Notes: generated by a model from the letters alone, not told the origin. DNA of 64,000 bases from Camelus dromedarius (GCF_036321535.1 NC_087436.1:58344001-58408000), one strand, 5' to 3'; shown: positions 39,290 through 52,844, counted from the stretch's first letter. Numbers and translations: made by a program.

Positions 39290-40390
39290 ACAGGGCAGAT
39301 TAGATGTCCAGATAGAATGTCCTACTTAAAATATATACTAAATACTGGATAAAACACATTATTTCTTAAATCTCGATTATATACATGAATAGGCAAGAAA
39401 GTAAGCAACACCAAGGCTAGGGACTGAAGGAAAGGATCACAGAGGTACATGGAAATATGAAGGTGGCTTTTGCCTTAGAGACATCTGCTAAGCCAGTAAA
39501 CTTGAGTGTCGGTTCTTATGGACCCTTAATCCTTGGACACCAAAAATTTGCATCTTCAGTATACAGGTGAACTAGAAATATATTTATCATCCTTCTTTCT
39601 GTAACACTGGTTCAAAGCAGAGGAAAAGAAAAATTTTCCTGAGAATTCAAAATCATTAGCCAGAACTCACAAAGAAGAATCTAGGTTCCCTATTCTCTGG
39701 GTTCCAGAAAAAAATGTCATGTTAAGAATTTAATTTTAAAAGGTCAGTTTTCATCAGAGCTTCCATATAGCTGATAAAAAGCAAAGCAAATTTTTTCTTA
39801 ATTTATACTTCAGATATAAAGGAATTTTGATAGGAAAAAAAATAAGCAGCTAAGGTTTTGTTTTTTTTTAAGTCATGAAAAACATGGAAATAAGGCACCA
39901 TGAGTGAAAGCTAGCTGAAACAAAGACAGGAGTAATGATATGAAAAATTCAGAAATTAAAACTATGAGAAACAAAATAGAAAACATATATTTATATTTTA
40001 AGAAATAAAAGAAAGGTTTGATAATATAATTAAACACACACAGATACAAAAAAAGAATCAAACAAAACTGCTACAAATGAAAAATACAGTATTTGAAATT
40101 AAAAATTCGATGGATGGGTTGAAGAGCAGAGTACTATACATAAATAACTAATGTGTTTGTGAAAGAGTATACTATAAGACAAAGAGATGAAAAATATAAA
40201 AGAGAGGTTAAGGGATATGTATGATCAAGTGAGTATGTCAAAATCACATATCTAATCCAAGTTCTAGAAGTTGGAAAGAGCAAGAATGAGGCACAGATAA
40301 AAATGTGAATTCTCAGACACAGCAAAAAGACACCAATCCATAGATTCAAGAAATCAAACTGAACTCATCCCCTTCATAAAAGAAATTCAC
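39290..40390 (+). mobile_element. Ancient L1 5'/ORF1-type fragment (old L1M or HAL1-like)
   Basis: A-rich sense strand with 'caaatgaaaaatacagtatttgaaattaaaaattcgatggatgggttgaagagcag' and 'gacaccaatccatagattcaagaa'. Confidence 0.65.
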
Positions 40391-43300
40391 ATTCTCTTAA
40401 GCCCGTATCTCCACAAAAAATCTCAACTGCAAGTTACGTGGTCACTTGTAATCATATGAACATATTCACAGCAATATAATGGAACAATTTAATGCAAAAC
40501 ACTGTTGAGTGAGTGAAAGATCAAGTATCATGTTTTATTAAAATGAAAATTAAGCTTCATTCTGTTTTGAACTAACAAACTATGCTTTTACTTAACGTAT
40601 TCTGTATACTGCTTATAACTTCTTGCCATCATGCCTTTTAATAATCTGATCAAACCTGTTAATACAGTCTCAGCAGGATTCTTAGATGAAAATGCAATTT
40701 AAAAAAAACAGCAGATATAAAATAAAAACTAATTCTCCACAGAGGTTTTATTTTAGATGTTTGTCTATTCTCTGTTTTGAAATTTTGAAAGCCAGTTATT
40801 TGAAAATACTATTTGAGATAAAAGACTAGAGGTAACAGCTTTATATTTATGTAATATTAAAAATAAAAATTTGAAAATATTTATTTTTAAATGTAAATAT
40901 ATCTGAAATTCAAATAAATATAATTTAATTTTCATGAGAACTGAAAATAATAGGTTGGTTACTATGATAAGGATATTTTTCAGAACATATGTTTGAAGAG
41001 AAATTATGAAAAGTTTTGAAACTTAAGTTTATAAACTTTTCCAGATTTCCTTTACTCTGAAAACAAAACAAAACAAAACAAATCCCAAGAAGTGATAAGA
41101 ACACAGAGAGCAAAAGAAGTGAAAACTTAAGCACAGTCAGGTAATATTTAGGCTCGGCATGTTCAATTGTGATGTGTGAAGTCAAATTTGCACCTGTCGT
41201 GGGATCTGTCAGTGTTGGCAGGGGACACTGGAAACTGAGCGTCCACACTTTACAGAGCAGCATTATCATCAATAATGCAACCTCTGACATGTCACCATTC
41301 AGTGTGCTGAAGTCTGACTACATGAAAACCACTAGAATGTACAAATGAATACTTGACAGGATTCAAAGGCCAAAGTCTTTCTCTTCTTATACTATCCCTT
41401 ACCACCATGTGACCCTGTGAAATATGTCACCAGGAATGGATAGGTAGAGGGTGAGGAAAGGAGTCTGAAGTGCAAAGAACCCAGAACTTATTTTTTCCTG
41501 TGAATTCATGTGATTCTTAACAAACAGTATCACTGGGTATCAACTTGATTGTTCTGGATGAAATACCTGAGGATTTTTTTTCCCTGAATATCCTCTGAGT
41601 TTAAACTTGGTGATAATACACACATTTTAGAGGCAATTACATTCTTTTGCAAAGAAGCCAAAAAGGCTTCTACACTATGTCACCCTGGGACAGAGGGATG
41701 AACAGAGGAGTCCTCAGAGTGCTGTCTTGGAAACCTGCCACTGCATGATGGCAGCTGGTGATTAATAATCTTCAACAAAATAGTAATTCAAGCAGGATTA
41801 AGACAGCTCAAACTCTATGGTACTAATAGTCAAAACTGGTATAATCTAATTTTAAATAGTCCCTAAAATATAAAATGATCCTACAATCCATTACTTATAT
41901 AGTATATGATAAAAGAGCTACGCAGGATATTCAACGTGTCCAATTCATGATTAATCAGATGCTAGTTTTCAACATTATTCTCCAATCTTGAATTCATTCT
42001 TACCAACCCATTTTCTTCAGAAACAGAAGGTGCTCATCAACTTCTCTGATATGATGTATTTATAAAGTTCTTGTGCAAATGTAATATTGATAAATAGATG
42101 TTTAAATAACAAAACCAGATGAAATATATTAAAACTGCTATTTACTAAAGAAAATTATTTTTGTAAATAATCTATGGATTAATTGGTAGCAACATAATAG
42201 CCTTGGAATTAGAGATATTGAAGACCATTTTCAATGACTGAAAATGTACTTCAAAAATATCAGTTGTGTTGAAGGTTTTGTAATGTTCTGTAGTAAAAAT
42301 CAGCTAAAACAGTGTATATTTTTGCATGATTTTTACAAGTGAGAATATTTTAAACTGTTTCAAGGTATTTTCTTTCCTAAAGGTATACAGTAAGCATGTA
42401 GAAGAATTAAAAAAAAATTCTACAGTGTCTCCTAACTCAATTAAAATCCATACAAAACAAAATAAACTCACAAACTCCAAATTCTTAAGAAGAAAAGCAA
42501 AAAGGCTTTCTAAAGGACACCTAAAATCCTATCTAAGAAGCTCATGGGAAATAACAAGCAAGATGTTTTTATACTTAAGTCTGATGGAGAAATAATAAAG
42601 AAATAAAACCTCACTGGTGAAGAGTACATCCAAATGACAAACACACAGTGTCTGAGGGCAGCTGAAAACATCTCTTTGGTCTCAAGTGTTCACAAAAATA
42701 AATGTTGTTATCTTCCTTTAGCCATCATAATTAGAAAACAAAGGCCTGAAGTCAACTCCAAGTGCTGCTGACTCAGATGTCCCGCTTACAATCCACGCGA
42801 TAAATGCAACGTATGTTTGTGCTTGGGGATTTTCACCACTATTTCTTTTTATGTCTGGAGACTTTGGCTCAGACTCCAACCAAACATAGTAGTTCAAAAC
42901 AATTAAGTATTCTCACCCAAATCCCTACTTCTCTACATCACAAAATCAGCACACACTTGGCATTTCTGGCAGCTCTTGGCACTGTGACTGTGGGTCAGAA
43001 CTGAGAAGCTCTGGCAACGCAGTGAAGGGAGAGCTTTACTGCAGCTGCCAACATTTCTGTTTGACCCAGTGAATTTACTTAAATCTCTCAACCCACTGCT
43101 CTGCCCCACTCTCTTGCTTTCATTCAGCACAGAATGCACATGAATTAAAATTCAGTTTTAGATATTGTTGCTTCTGATGAAATAAGAGATCAATGATGAT
43201 TCAGTATGGTCTGGAAAGTCTGGGAGAAAAAAGAGGAATGTTTTGGATAGTGTATATATGTATTTTTTAGCTTTTCTCTGATAGATATTTCCCTGCCCTT

Positions 43301-46300
43301 AGATCCTTAGATTCTTCTGTTTTATTCAAATACACACACACACACTCGCATATATGCCCCAAACACTACTTTGTCTACTTTCATCTTCTGTGTCCACATC
43401 TCCAAAAATTGATGTTTTCAAAGTAAAGATTTAGAATATTAATCAGTGTTAGTAATTTGCTTTGTGTATTTCTTCCTTAAGAGTGTGTTTCTACACCTTC
43501 CCCCTTACCTTTGTAGCATCAAAAAGAGACATCTTAGTTGCACCTTAATAAAACATGGAATTTTCAAGTGCAAAAGGCCATATGTGCTAGTAACCTGAGT
43601 GTTAAGCAAATTCAGTACCTGGTGGCAGATATGTCTTTGGGAGTTTTAAGAGTGCCCTAGGAACAATAAAGTCACAATGTTCAGCTCTGCCACAATCCTG
43701 TTATCCTTCACCTTGGAAAACTTTAAAAATGCAAATTTAAAAATTTGTAGTTAATGAATAAAACATGACTCCTTTGTCCTTTTATAGGTAGACGGTGGTA
43801 AAAGAAGAGAGATAAGTAAACTTCTGCTTTATGTGCTTCAATTAATCAAGTTTACATCTTTCGCGAGAGTGATCATCTTCACAGTTAATTTGTGACAATG
43901 GCAATATTCCCCAGCACAAGAAATCAGAAGAATTTCCATTGACTTTGCAAAATATTTGGATAATCTTTATATTACTCAGAGTACCTTTAGCTAGATTTAG
44001 GACAACTCATAGTGGTTTTGTTACCCTTTTAATAAATATGGTTAATATGCCCTAAACTTTCATCTATGGACATCCTGATATATTGAATGTGTAAATACAT
44101 CAGAAATATGCTACACCAAAAATCATTATTTGTTCCTCTTAAAATATAATAAAGCTTGCAGATAGTACAGGCTTTATCACTGGTAACTGAATGATTTTCT
44201 GGGTCATAAAGCTTAATCTGTCTTATTTTCTCTCTAACATATCATAAACAATGACTGGTTCAAAAATAGTGGAAAGGAGAAGAGAGACAGAAGGTACAAA
44301 GAAATAAATCAGAATTTAGAAATTTGTTTTATGTAGTTTAACATAAAATTTGCTGATAACTAATATAAAATGAAAAATTGTCTCCCTTCTCTTCCTCACA
44401 ATTTTTTGTTCTTTTCATTGTTTTCCCCAGGAGTTTTAACATGTACCACTGTCATTTTAAAGGCAGTCCAAGATTACCAATTTCCACAGGTGTGTTCTTT
44501 ATAAAGCTACTAAAAGGCAGGGTTTGTAGTGGTTGAGCTTATGCCAGGGACTTTTTCATCTCTCAGAAGTTATGGTGTCCTCAGCTACTGTTTATCCTTC
44601 CTAGTACACCTTTACAGTATATGATTTTCTTTTGCTAGGGGATGAATTACACTGAATTCTGAAATCATTTTGCCATTCAGGAACACTGTAAAAACTGTTT
44701 AATTAACCAAATCTACTTAGGTGTCTCAATTATTTTCAATGTACAAGTTGCAGCCACAGTCTTTGAATTCCTAAGGGAAGAAAAGGTTAAGTAAGGAACC
44801 AAAATTCAGAACTAGAAACTGTTTCAATGGAAAAATAAAGCAAACTGGTTTTCTTTAAGAATTAGAGAAGACAGTACTCTTTAGTTATATGTGATAATAG
44901 TGTAGTTCCAATAACAACTAATTATACAAGCAAGTGTATCAAAAGGTGGAAATTTTAAGGCCGTGTTTAGATTTTAAATTAGAAAATTTTCAACCCTGAA
45001 TGACCTTTCCAACAGTGAACGCATGGAAAGTTATTTGAAATTCTAAACATCAAGAAAGTAAATCTTAGATAGAACAAAGCATTCATTATTTCTAATGATA
45101 TTAAAATCTGGTTACTCTTCAGTCTTTTAAATGTCAAGACATATTATTTATGGATGATCAGAGCAACATAAAGTGTTTTCCTGGGCAGAAAATAATTAAA
45201 CACAAAATCAAGGATATATAATACCCTTCAAAAGTTACAAAAACATTCATTAGGAAAGTGTTTATTTTTAAACATTCTCTCTTGCAATTAAATGAAATCC
45301 ACATAATCCAATTTAGGCAACCAATTTTTGGATTTGAAATCATATTTGACAATACACTCAAAATCTATTCATTATTTATCTCACCATGCAAAAGTGAATA
45401 AAGGTACACAGACATCAAAGTAAAGTTGCTTAATGTTGAAAAAATATTTTCAGCCACAACTCAAATGAAGTAAAAACTCTATTTAGAACAAAAATTTAAA
45501 ACACTTAAGTACAAATGCTATTTCTGTCTCACAATCACAGAATTTCTGATCTGAAAAATAATTCGAAATAATTAAAGCTCAATATCTTATTTATAGATTA
45601 AATAATTCAATTTTAATAAAGTGCTTCATCTTTCCCTGGCAGAATAAATATAGAGCTCAGTAAATAAACACTAAGCCCTGAGCCTTTGCATTTTACACTT
45701 TCTAAATTAAATCATCCCAGCTCTGAGATACTTCTACTCTTCCCTCGGGCAGTACATTGACCATATCCTGAGTTCCATATTTTTTTGAAATATTGCTTTA
45801 TTATATAAAACATGATCCGGTTACACTGACTTCTAGAGCATTTATCCAGATACTTCAAATCTTAGGGACTTTAGAGAACATTACAGAACTCATTACTTAA
45901 GAGAGACAGAACAAAGAGATAGGAAAAAGAGTAAAAGAGAGAGAGAAAAAGATTCCATCTTGCTTTATCCTATTATTATTCACTACATAAATCCAAGAAG
46001 TATCTCCTTCCTGTAATATGATATCCCCTTCAGACATGAGCTTTGCTAAATTATTTCAGTTTATAATTACAATGCACTAAGTACCTTAATTTCCCACATA
46101 GATGTAACCTCTAACTGGATTATACTTAAAACAATCTAAGTTAGTAAACTTGTATAGTATAACTTACTAATTTTTCCAGCCTCTTTAATGTATTTTCTTC
46201 CCACTTCACTCTTTCATCAATGCCTAATTCCATCAGAATAAAATATCTCATAAGAGAAAATTGCTTAACTGTTAATGATACATATTACTTATTGTTAAGA

Positions 46301-46492
46301 ATATAAATATGACACAATCCATACTCAAAAGAAGTTTAAGGTTCAGTAGGTTAGAACCAAGAAAAGAACTGATTACAATACAGGGTAATAGTTCCAGCAT
46401 TAAGCACAGGATGCTATGGAAGAATCAAAAGAAGGAATCCACAAGAAAGCGTATCAGGTTAAGGAATGCTTTAGTATGCAGAAAATGTTTCC

Positions 46493-47303
46493 TCAAGCGC
46501 TAATTATTAGAGAAATGCAAATGAAAACTACAATGAGGTACCACCTCACACCAGTCAGAATGGCCATCCTATACTGTTGGTAGAAGTGTAAACTGGTGCA
46601 GCCACTATGGAGAACAGTATGGGGTTCCTTAAAAAACTAAAAGTAGACTTGCCCTATGATCCAGCAATCCTACTCCTGGGCATAAATCCAAAGAATATTC
46701 CAATTCAATAAGACATGCACCCCAATGTTCACAGCAGCACTATTTACAATGACCAAGACATGGAAACAACCTAAATGACCATCAGTAGATGAATGGATTA
46801 AACAAGTTATGGTAGATGTATACAATGGAATATTACTCAGCCATAAAAAAGAATTAAAGAATGACATTGGCAGTAACATGGACAGACCTACAGCTTATCA
46901 TATTAAGTAAAGTTAAGTCAGCCAGAGAAAGATAAATATCATATGATGTCATTTATATGTGGTATCTAAAAAATTTTATCTACAAACCAGAAAGAGACTC
47001 ACAGACAAAGAAAAAAATTACGATTACCAAAGCGAAAAGGTTGGGAAAGGGATAAATCAGGAGTCTTGGATTAACAGATACACATTACTATATATAAAAC
47101 AGATAAACAAGGAACTACTGTATAGCACAGGGAACTATATTCAGTTTCTTGTAATAACATATAATGGAAAATAATCTGAAAAATATGCTTGTGTGTATGT
47201 ATGTGTGTGTGTGTATAAAATAATTAAATCTCTTTGCTGTACACCTGAAACTAACATTGTAAATAAACTACACTTCAATAAAAAACTAAATTAAAAAAAA
47301 AAG
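46493..47303 (+). mobile_element. 5'-truncated L1 3' end (ORF2 C-terminus, 3'UTR, polyA) with a 57-nt internal deletion
   Basis: 'ctaattattagagaaatgcaaatgaaaactacaatgaggtaccacctcacaccagtcagaatggcc...tatgatccagcaatcc...ctgtatagcacagggaactatattc...aataaa' then polyA. Confidence 0.93.
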
Positions 47304-49146
47304 AAAGTGGCACTTGAGCCATTAAAAAGTGAGAAAGTTTTGGTGGGGCAGAAAAGAGTGAAAATTGTTCTCCCAGAGAGAAGAAGTCTATTTGCAAGAG
47401 AAAAAAATATTGAGTTACAAAATGATGATTCTAGGAATTCTAAAGTAACTAATGGTAACTGTGACACTGAATGCATACAGAGATGGGATGAAGCATGAGG
47501 ATGGAAAGATATGCTATGCAAACATCAGCATAGCCATTTTTAAAGATTTCTGTTAACTGTAAACACATGAACAGAGCAGTAGAAAAAATGGCTAAATACT
47601 ATTTAACTGATTCCTTATAGCCTAGTCTGTAAAATGACAGATGTCTACACTCAGGATTTCATGATATGAACTTGGACAATACTACAAGTTTGGAAATGTT
47701 TTACAACACCAAGGAAACACCCTTTTATCACAATGTTGTAATCAGCTGGGCTCAGGAATAATTCTAACACGACTTTCCAAATGGATTCCTATAAGCATTA
47801 CATTCAAATTTAGGAAATGTTGAAGTGAAGAACAGTATAGTTACTTCCATTGTGCTATTGTGAATAAACACCTACAGTCTTATTTATCCTAAAATGTTCT
47901 TCCAACTGAAGAAGAAAAAAATAGAAAATGCATTTTAAAGTATGTCCTTCAGTATTTTAGTGATCTAATACTCAGTTATTAAAATTCAAAAAAATCTAAT
48001 TTTTATACATCTTGAACACATTTCCCCAAATACACACTACTACGCTTATGTCCTTTTCTATTCATCACCCTGCCTATATATCGTTATAAACCTGTAACAG
48101 GCTTTCTGGCTATTTGAGGAGAAGAAATTGTCCCTGACAGCAAGAGGCATGTTATATCCAATTCCATTTTCCACCTCTTTTCTCTTTTCACTTTTGACAC
48201 CTTTCTGCAAATCCCAGTGCTTAACTGAATACCTAGGGGTGTTTCATGTGAAGCACTCTGAGGTAGTTCAATGGGGATGATTTAAAGCAATACACAAGAT
48301 GACAGATGTACTGAGGTCTGAAATGATCCTATGTGGTATATATACTACGATGGAGTACCTGACACAACAGTAATATTTATTAACATCCCAGGGGATTAGA
48401 CCTTATCAAGATCCTCAGACTCTGACACCTATAAATTTTGCATATCTAAGGATGTAAGGACTGATCTTTTTCTCAGCATACTTAAGAGAAAAAACAAATT
48501 CATTGGGTTAATAAAGTGCATGTTAAGAAGAGTAATTTTTCTAGTTTCATTTCATACAGATCAACAGGTACAAAGGTACTACTGAATTTGTGCTATTCCA
48601 ATTTTGTATAACGTCCTCAGTACTAATTACATTTGGTAAGTCGTAAGATTATGATATACATTTAAGAAATACCAACTGAATATCTGACTAAATATGAAAG
48701 GACTGACACTAGGAGTTTATTGCATTTACCTCATCAATAGCCATCACCCACCCACAATTAATGGCATAAGAATAAGACAAATTGTAACAAAGAAAAAGTG
48801 AAAAAAAGTGATTTAAAAGAAAAAAACAAGAAGTGATTCGGGAAGACAAGAGTAGAAGCAACTGACTTAGTAAAGGAGAAGCAGTCTACTTAAATGTCTG
48901 TAAAGGGAGGAACAACAAGAGATCGTAATTTGTCCTCAGAAAACTGAGAATCCTTGCTCGGAAGTATGAGTCCCATAGGAGTTATGGATGAAGGGGAAAA
49001 TATCTGCTGAAAGTTAGCGAACAGAGGGTTGGGGAATTTCCAGTCTCCTTAATCCTGCACAACCAGCATCCTCCAAATCATTTCATTCTTCATAGGAGAA
49101 TTCTACCTGGAAAAATAGTGGGAGCTATCCACAATCATGAATACCA

Positions 49147-50028
49147 ACAGGAGCCTGGCACCCTGCTTCCACTGCCTTTTGAGAGCCTACTGCTGTAACT
49201 TCAGGAGTGTGGTACGAGGTGGTTAAACACAGCAATTATTAAAACATAAATTATATAAACTTTCAATTAAATTATATTAAAGACAACAATAATAAATTCA
49301 AAACTCTCATGTTTCCAATTGTTTTACTTTTAGCTATGCTCTAAACTTTATCTGTATTTATATGGTAGAAATACTATTCATTTTATATAAATATTATATA
49401 ATATGTGTTATTGCACACCTTTTCCTAACTCAGTGTTCAGTGACATCATATGATAACTTGAAATTGGCCTTGGTGAGAATATTTACACATTGGTGGAAAT
49501 CAACAAACACTGTAAGTCACAGCTTGATTTACTATTTTGTTGTTTGTCTAGGTTTAAGAAAGTAATGGAGAAAATACAAATAATACAGATTAAACCTACA
49601 AGTGTGTTGTATCTACTGATAAAGCTGAAACGATCTTTCAGTTAAATGAATATAATTTTTACAAGTGTGAAAAATACTTTAACAATAAATCACATATCAG
49701 ATCAAATGATAATAATTTCATGTATAAAGTGCTGGTGGATCAGGATGCAATGCTATTTGCCAAAGTAAGGTTGAATTTTAACCACAGGTTGATTATGGAT
49801 ACAAAGACTTTGTAAAAATCAGTGAAAACATTTTGTGAGAATCAATTGGCTATATGGAATGTATACTAAAGTAAGAAATAGTATTTTATTATTATTTGTA
49901 AACTGTATGCTACACATCCTTTATTTTTTGTAAAATTTATAATAAATATATATTATGCACATTTGCATGCACATTTTCATTTTTTATTTTGTTTGAAGCA
50001 GTTTTTAATAATTTATCAGCACATCCTG
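49147..50028 (+). mobile_element. hAT-Tip100 DNA transposon relic (Zaphod/MER115-like)
   Basis: Recalled motifs 'gagagcc...ttcagga', 'ttcagtgacatca...ttgaaattggcc..ggtgagaatatttacac', terminal 'tttatcagcacatcctg'. Confidence 0.6.
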
Positions 50029-50169
50029 GACACCATGAACAAGTCAATGAAAACAGAGGGATTTAGGTTAAAAACAGAAGAATGTAATGTAAGTTAAAGT
50101 CTACTACAAAACTGCACACTCAACTTCCTTCATTTACGCTGTTACCAGATGCCAACATCCAGAAACTGC

Positions 50170-50528
50170 TTCTCTTCCATTCTATGTGTGTCTTTTTAGA
50201 TCCTTGATCTCTCATGTCTCTTAAACTATCTCATTTTTAAAGTTTCTTTGCCTCTCTATGACTGATTCTGCAAAATTTCTTCTGATTTGTAGTCCAGTTA
50301 GTAAGTTTCTCTTCAGCTGTACTTACTCTTCTAACTTTCCAATGAGATTTAATCTCAATAGCTATGTTACATTTCCAGAAGTTCTCTTTTTTTGTTTTCT
50401 GTTTGTTTTTCATTTTTCTGAATTCTGCCTAGTCATCTTTGAGGGTCTTATGCTTTCACTAATTATTTTGATTCTGTCTTATTGAAACATATTAATTATA
50501 TTTATTTTACATTCTGTTTGTAATTTTT
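50170..50528 (-). mobile_element. Ancient L1/HAL1 ORF1-type fragment (left part, interrupted by the MULE)
   Basis: 'ttctcttcagctgtacttactcttc...ttacatttccagaagttct' T-rich antisense ORF1-like sequence. Confidence 0.55.
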
Positions 50529-51347
50529 TGCATCTGATATTTTGCCATAAGCATCTTTGCTGTCGACATCATTGCCTCAAACATTTTCTCTGCAAACATT
50601 TTTGCTACATAAATAACTGCCCGTAAGGCAATTTTGCTGTAAAAGATAAAATGACAAACAATAAAAGAGGAACATATAAATGACATAATAAAGCATGAGA
50701 AATGAGTATCAAAATTAAAACAACTTTACTGAGAAAATGTGAAATATCTGAATGTGTTTAAAATGTATGTAGATTCAAGGTAATACTGGGCAAATTACTG
50801 ACTTTTTACTTTATGGGGTGTTATCTAAGCACTGGGTCTTCCAAGTCTTTAGTTCATGGTATTTCACACACTTTTTTTTTTTTCTTGTTGATTCATCTCT
50901 TTGTTCAGCAATGCACATTTGTTTTTTCACTAAAATTTCTTCCTTCATTAAGACAGGTATCAATTCCCAAATACTAGAATGCATATTTGTAACTGAGCTT
51001 TATATTCTGTTGTTTGTTCTTGGCATATTGTCACATGCCCATTGAGAGACATTACAAAGTTCCATGGGAAATGCAAGTTCAACTCTGAGCCTTTGAGACC
51101 CTCAGCCTTTTTCTCCTCCAGTGTAGGGTGTTTCAAAAATAAAAAAAAAACAGCTCTTGGGGCAAATCACCATCATCTGCCATGATTTCTGTATTATATA
51201 CATTAAACCAAACTGTCAACAAATTATGTTATCTTTTGGAAAAATTGCCTTACGGCCACTTCATTATACGGCAAAAATTTGTGCAGCAAAAATTCTTGTG
51301 GCAAAAGTACCTATGGCAAAGATGATTATAGCAAAATATCCAGAATC
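50529..51347 (-). mobile_element. Mutator-like (MULE/MuDR, Ricksha-type) internally deleted DNA transposon
   Basis: ~110-bp TIRs ('gatattttgccataagcatctttgc...gtaaggcaattttgc..aaaagataa' and its reverse complement at the right end); 9-bp TSD gtaattttt/ataattttt; minus-strand remnant FETPYTGG...FPMELCNV...NMPRTNN...HSSIWELIPVLMKEE. Confidence 0.85.
50922..51137 (-). pseudogene. MULE transposase C-terminal remnant (two in-frame stops)
   Basis: Manual translation FETPYTGGEKG*GSQRLRVELAFPMELCNVSQWACDNMPRTNNRI*SSVTNMHSSIWELIPVLMKEEILVKK matches the Mutator-family pattern FP..LWNV....PRTNN...HP.IW. Confidence 0.75.
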
Positions 51348-51356
51348 ATAATTTTT

Positions 51357-52090
51357 ACCTATTGTCTCTTGCCCATCATCTCTTGCTCCCTTATGTATTT
51401 TCTAACTGTGTTATGTGTTGTGCTTATATCATTCGGTCTCTGCTCTGTGCGAATCATTAAAAGCCTGGTTTGAAAATGTAATATTCCAGAAAAATTTTGC
51501 ATTTGTTTTTGCAAAATATTTGAAAACTGTTAAGCCCATTTTAAGTTTAACCTGTGCCTATTTTCCTCCGTTCCATGCAAATAGCATAAAGTGAGGCTTC
51601 ACTTTCACATTGAGAGTCTTTTCATGACCATAAATTCTCAAAAGAGACTTTTGCACCCTTTACGAAGTCAAGGCTGAGACAGGTTTCCTCTCTTATTCCT
51701 CTTTAGTTTTTTATTTTTAATTTTGTTTTTTGATTCAATCTTGGTAACAAACTTCTGTGCATTCAAGAGTGTGCAACCTGAGAACAGACTCCTAAGCCTG
51801 CATGGGGCCAAATTTTTTAATACATGTGTCAAAACTATCACAAGCAAATTTCCAGGCCAGTCAGGATCTGATTCTAGATGCCCCCAGGCCGAGTCACATC
51901 TTGGGAACTAAAGAACTGTCCTCATCTGTCAAGTGATTTAATCTCTTGACTCAACTGAATGTCTTATTTTTTTAAAAAGTCATCTATGCATTAAAGTGTT
52001 AGGTTTCTTTGTTGGTTTGGGGGGATTTTAAGAAGTATTTTATGCAGTATTTTTTAGTTTTTTTGTTGTTTTTTAGCAAATTAAATACAG
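51357..52090 (-). mobile_element. Ancient L1/HAL1 5' fragment (right part, continuing after the MULE)
   Basis: T-rich antisense old-L1-like sequence ('ttttgcatttgtttttgc', 'ataaattctcaaaagagactttt', 'gaagtattttatgcagtatttttt'). Confidence 0.45.
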
Positions 52091-52324
52091 TTATCTAGAC
52101 TTAAACATTGTCAAAATCAGATTTCTAAGCATAATTTTACAAATTAGATTTTTTAAAACAAACAAAAAATAAAATGTAAATAGAATGAAAGATAAAATAA
52201 AAAAATATTCAAGTATATAATTAATACTTTTGGGTATTATCAATGATTTATTTTATTCCTGATTATTTTGTATTTTACAAAAGTTTCTCTAATATATAAA
52301 TGATATTAGAAAAGAAACCCACTT

Positions 52325-52545
52325 TTTGCTAGGCATTGTTATCAATGTCTTATATTTACTACCCAACTTAATCACCACAACAGAACTCCGAGTTAGGTAA
52401 TATTTCCATTTCACAGATGAGAAAATCAGGGACAAAAAAATTTGTCAAGGTCATAAAGTTAGTAAGTGATGAGCTGGATTTTTTACACAGGCTTTCTTCC
52501 CATTAAAGCCTGTGTCTTAACAACGGTGTGTTATTATCTCTCAGT
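52325..52545 (-). mobile_element. MIR SINE
   Basis: 'ttaatcaccacaacag...aggtaatatttccatttcacagatgagaaaatcagg...gtcaaggtcataaagttagtaagtgatgagctggatt'. Confidence 0.8.
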
Positions 52546-52599
52546 ATGAACTGAAACATTGTTTTCTTCATTCCAATTTAAACACCTTCTCACTTAGGG

Positions 52600-52762
52600 G
52601 CAATAATAGTTCGAAGATCCCCATTCCAGTCCCTGGTTACACCTCTAATTACCTGCACAATCTTTGGTACACTCATTCTTCTAGACTTAATTTTCTTCAA
52701 TTGTGAAATTAATGATTTAAACTAGATAATTCTAAGGACCCTCCAGTTGAAGATTCTGTGAT
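52600..52762 (+). mobile_element. MIR3-like relic
   Basis: 'ttaattttcttcaattgtgaaatt...aactagataattctaaggaccctccag...attctgtga'. Confidence 0.6.
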
Positions 52763-52844
52763 AGCACTATCCTATTAGGCAATCCTATTTATAAGGCATT
52801 ATGAAATTTAAAATTAACCATTTAATTGAATGAGTAATAGAAAA

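Noticed and set aside
40925..41290. 121-aa ORF with signal-peptide-like and hydrophobic segments
   Set aside because: The hydrophobicity derives from A-rich/(AAAAC)n sequence read antisense; no known family recognised
50536..50650. CRISPR-like or iteron-like 15-nt periodic array
   Set aside because: No unique spacers or cas genes, mammalian context, and it is mirrored at ~51225-51341 as a transposon TIR
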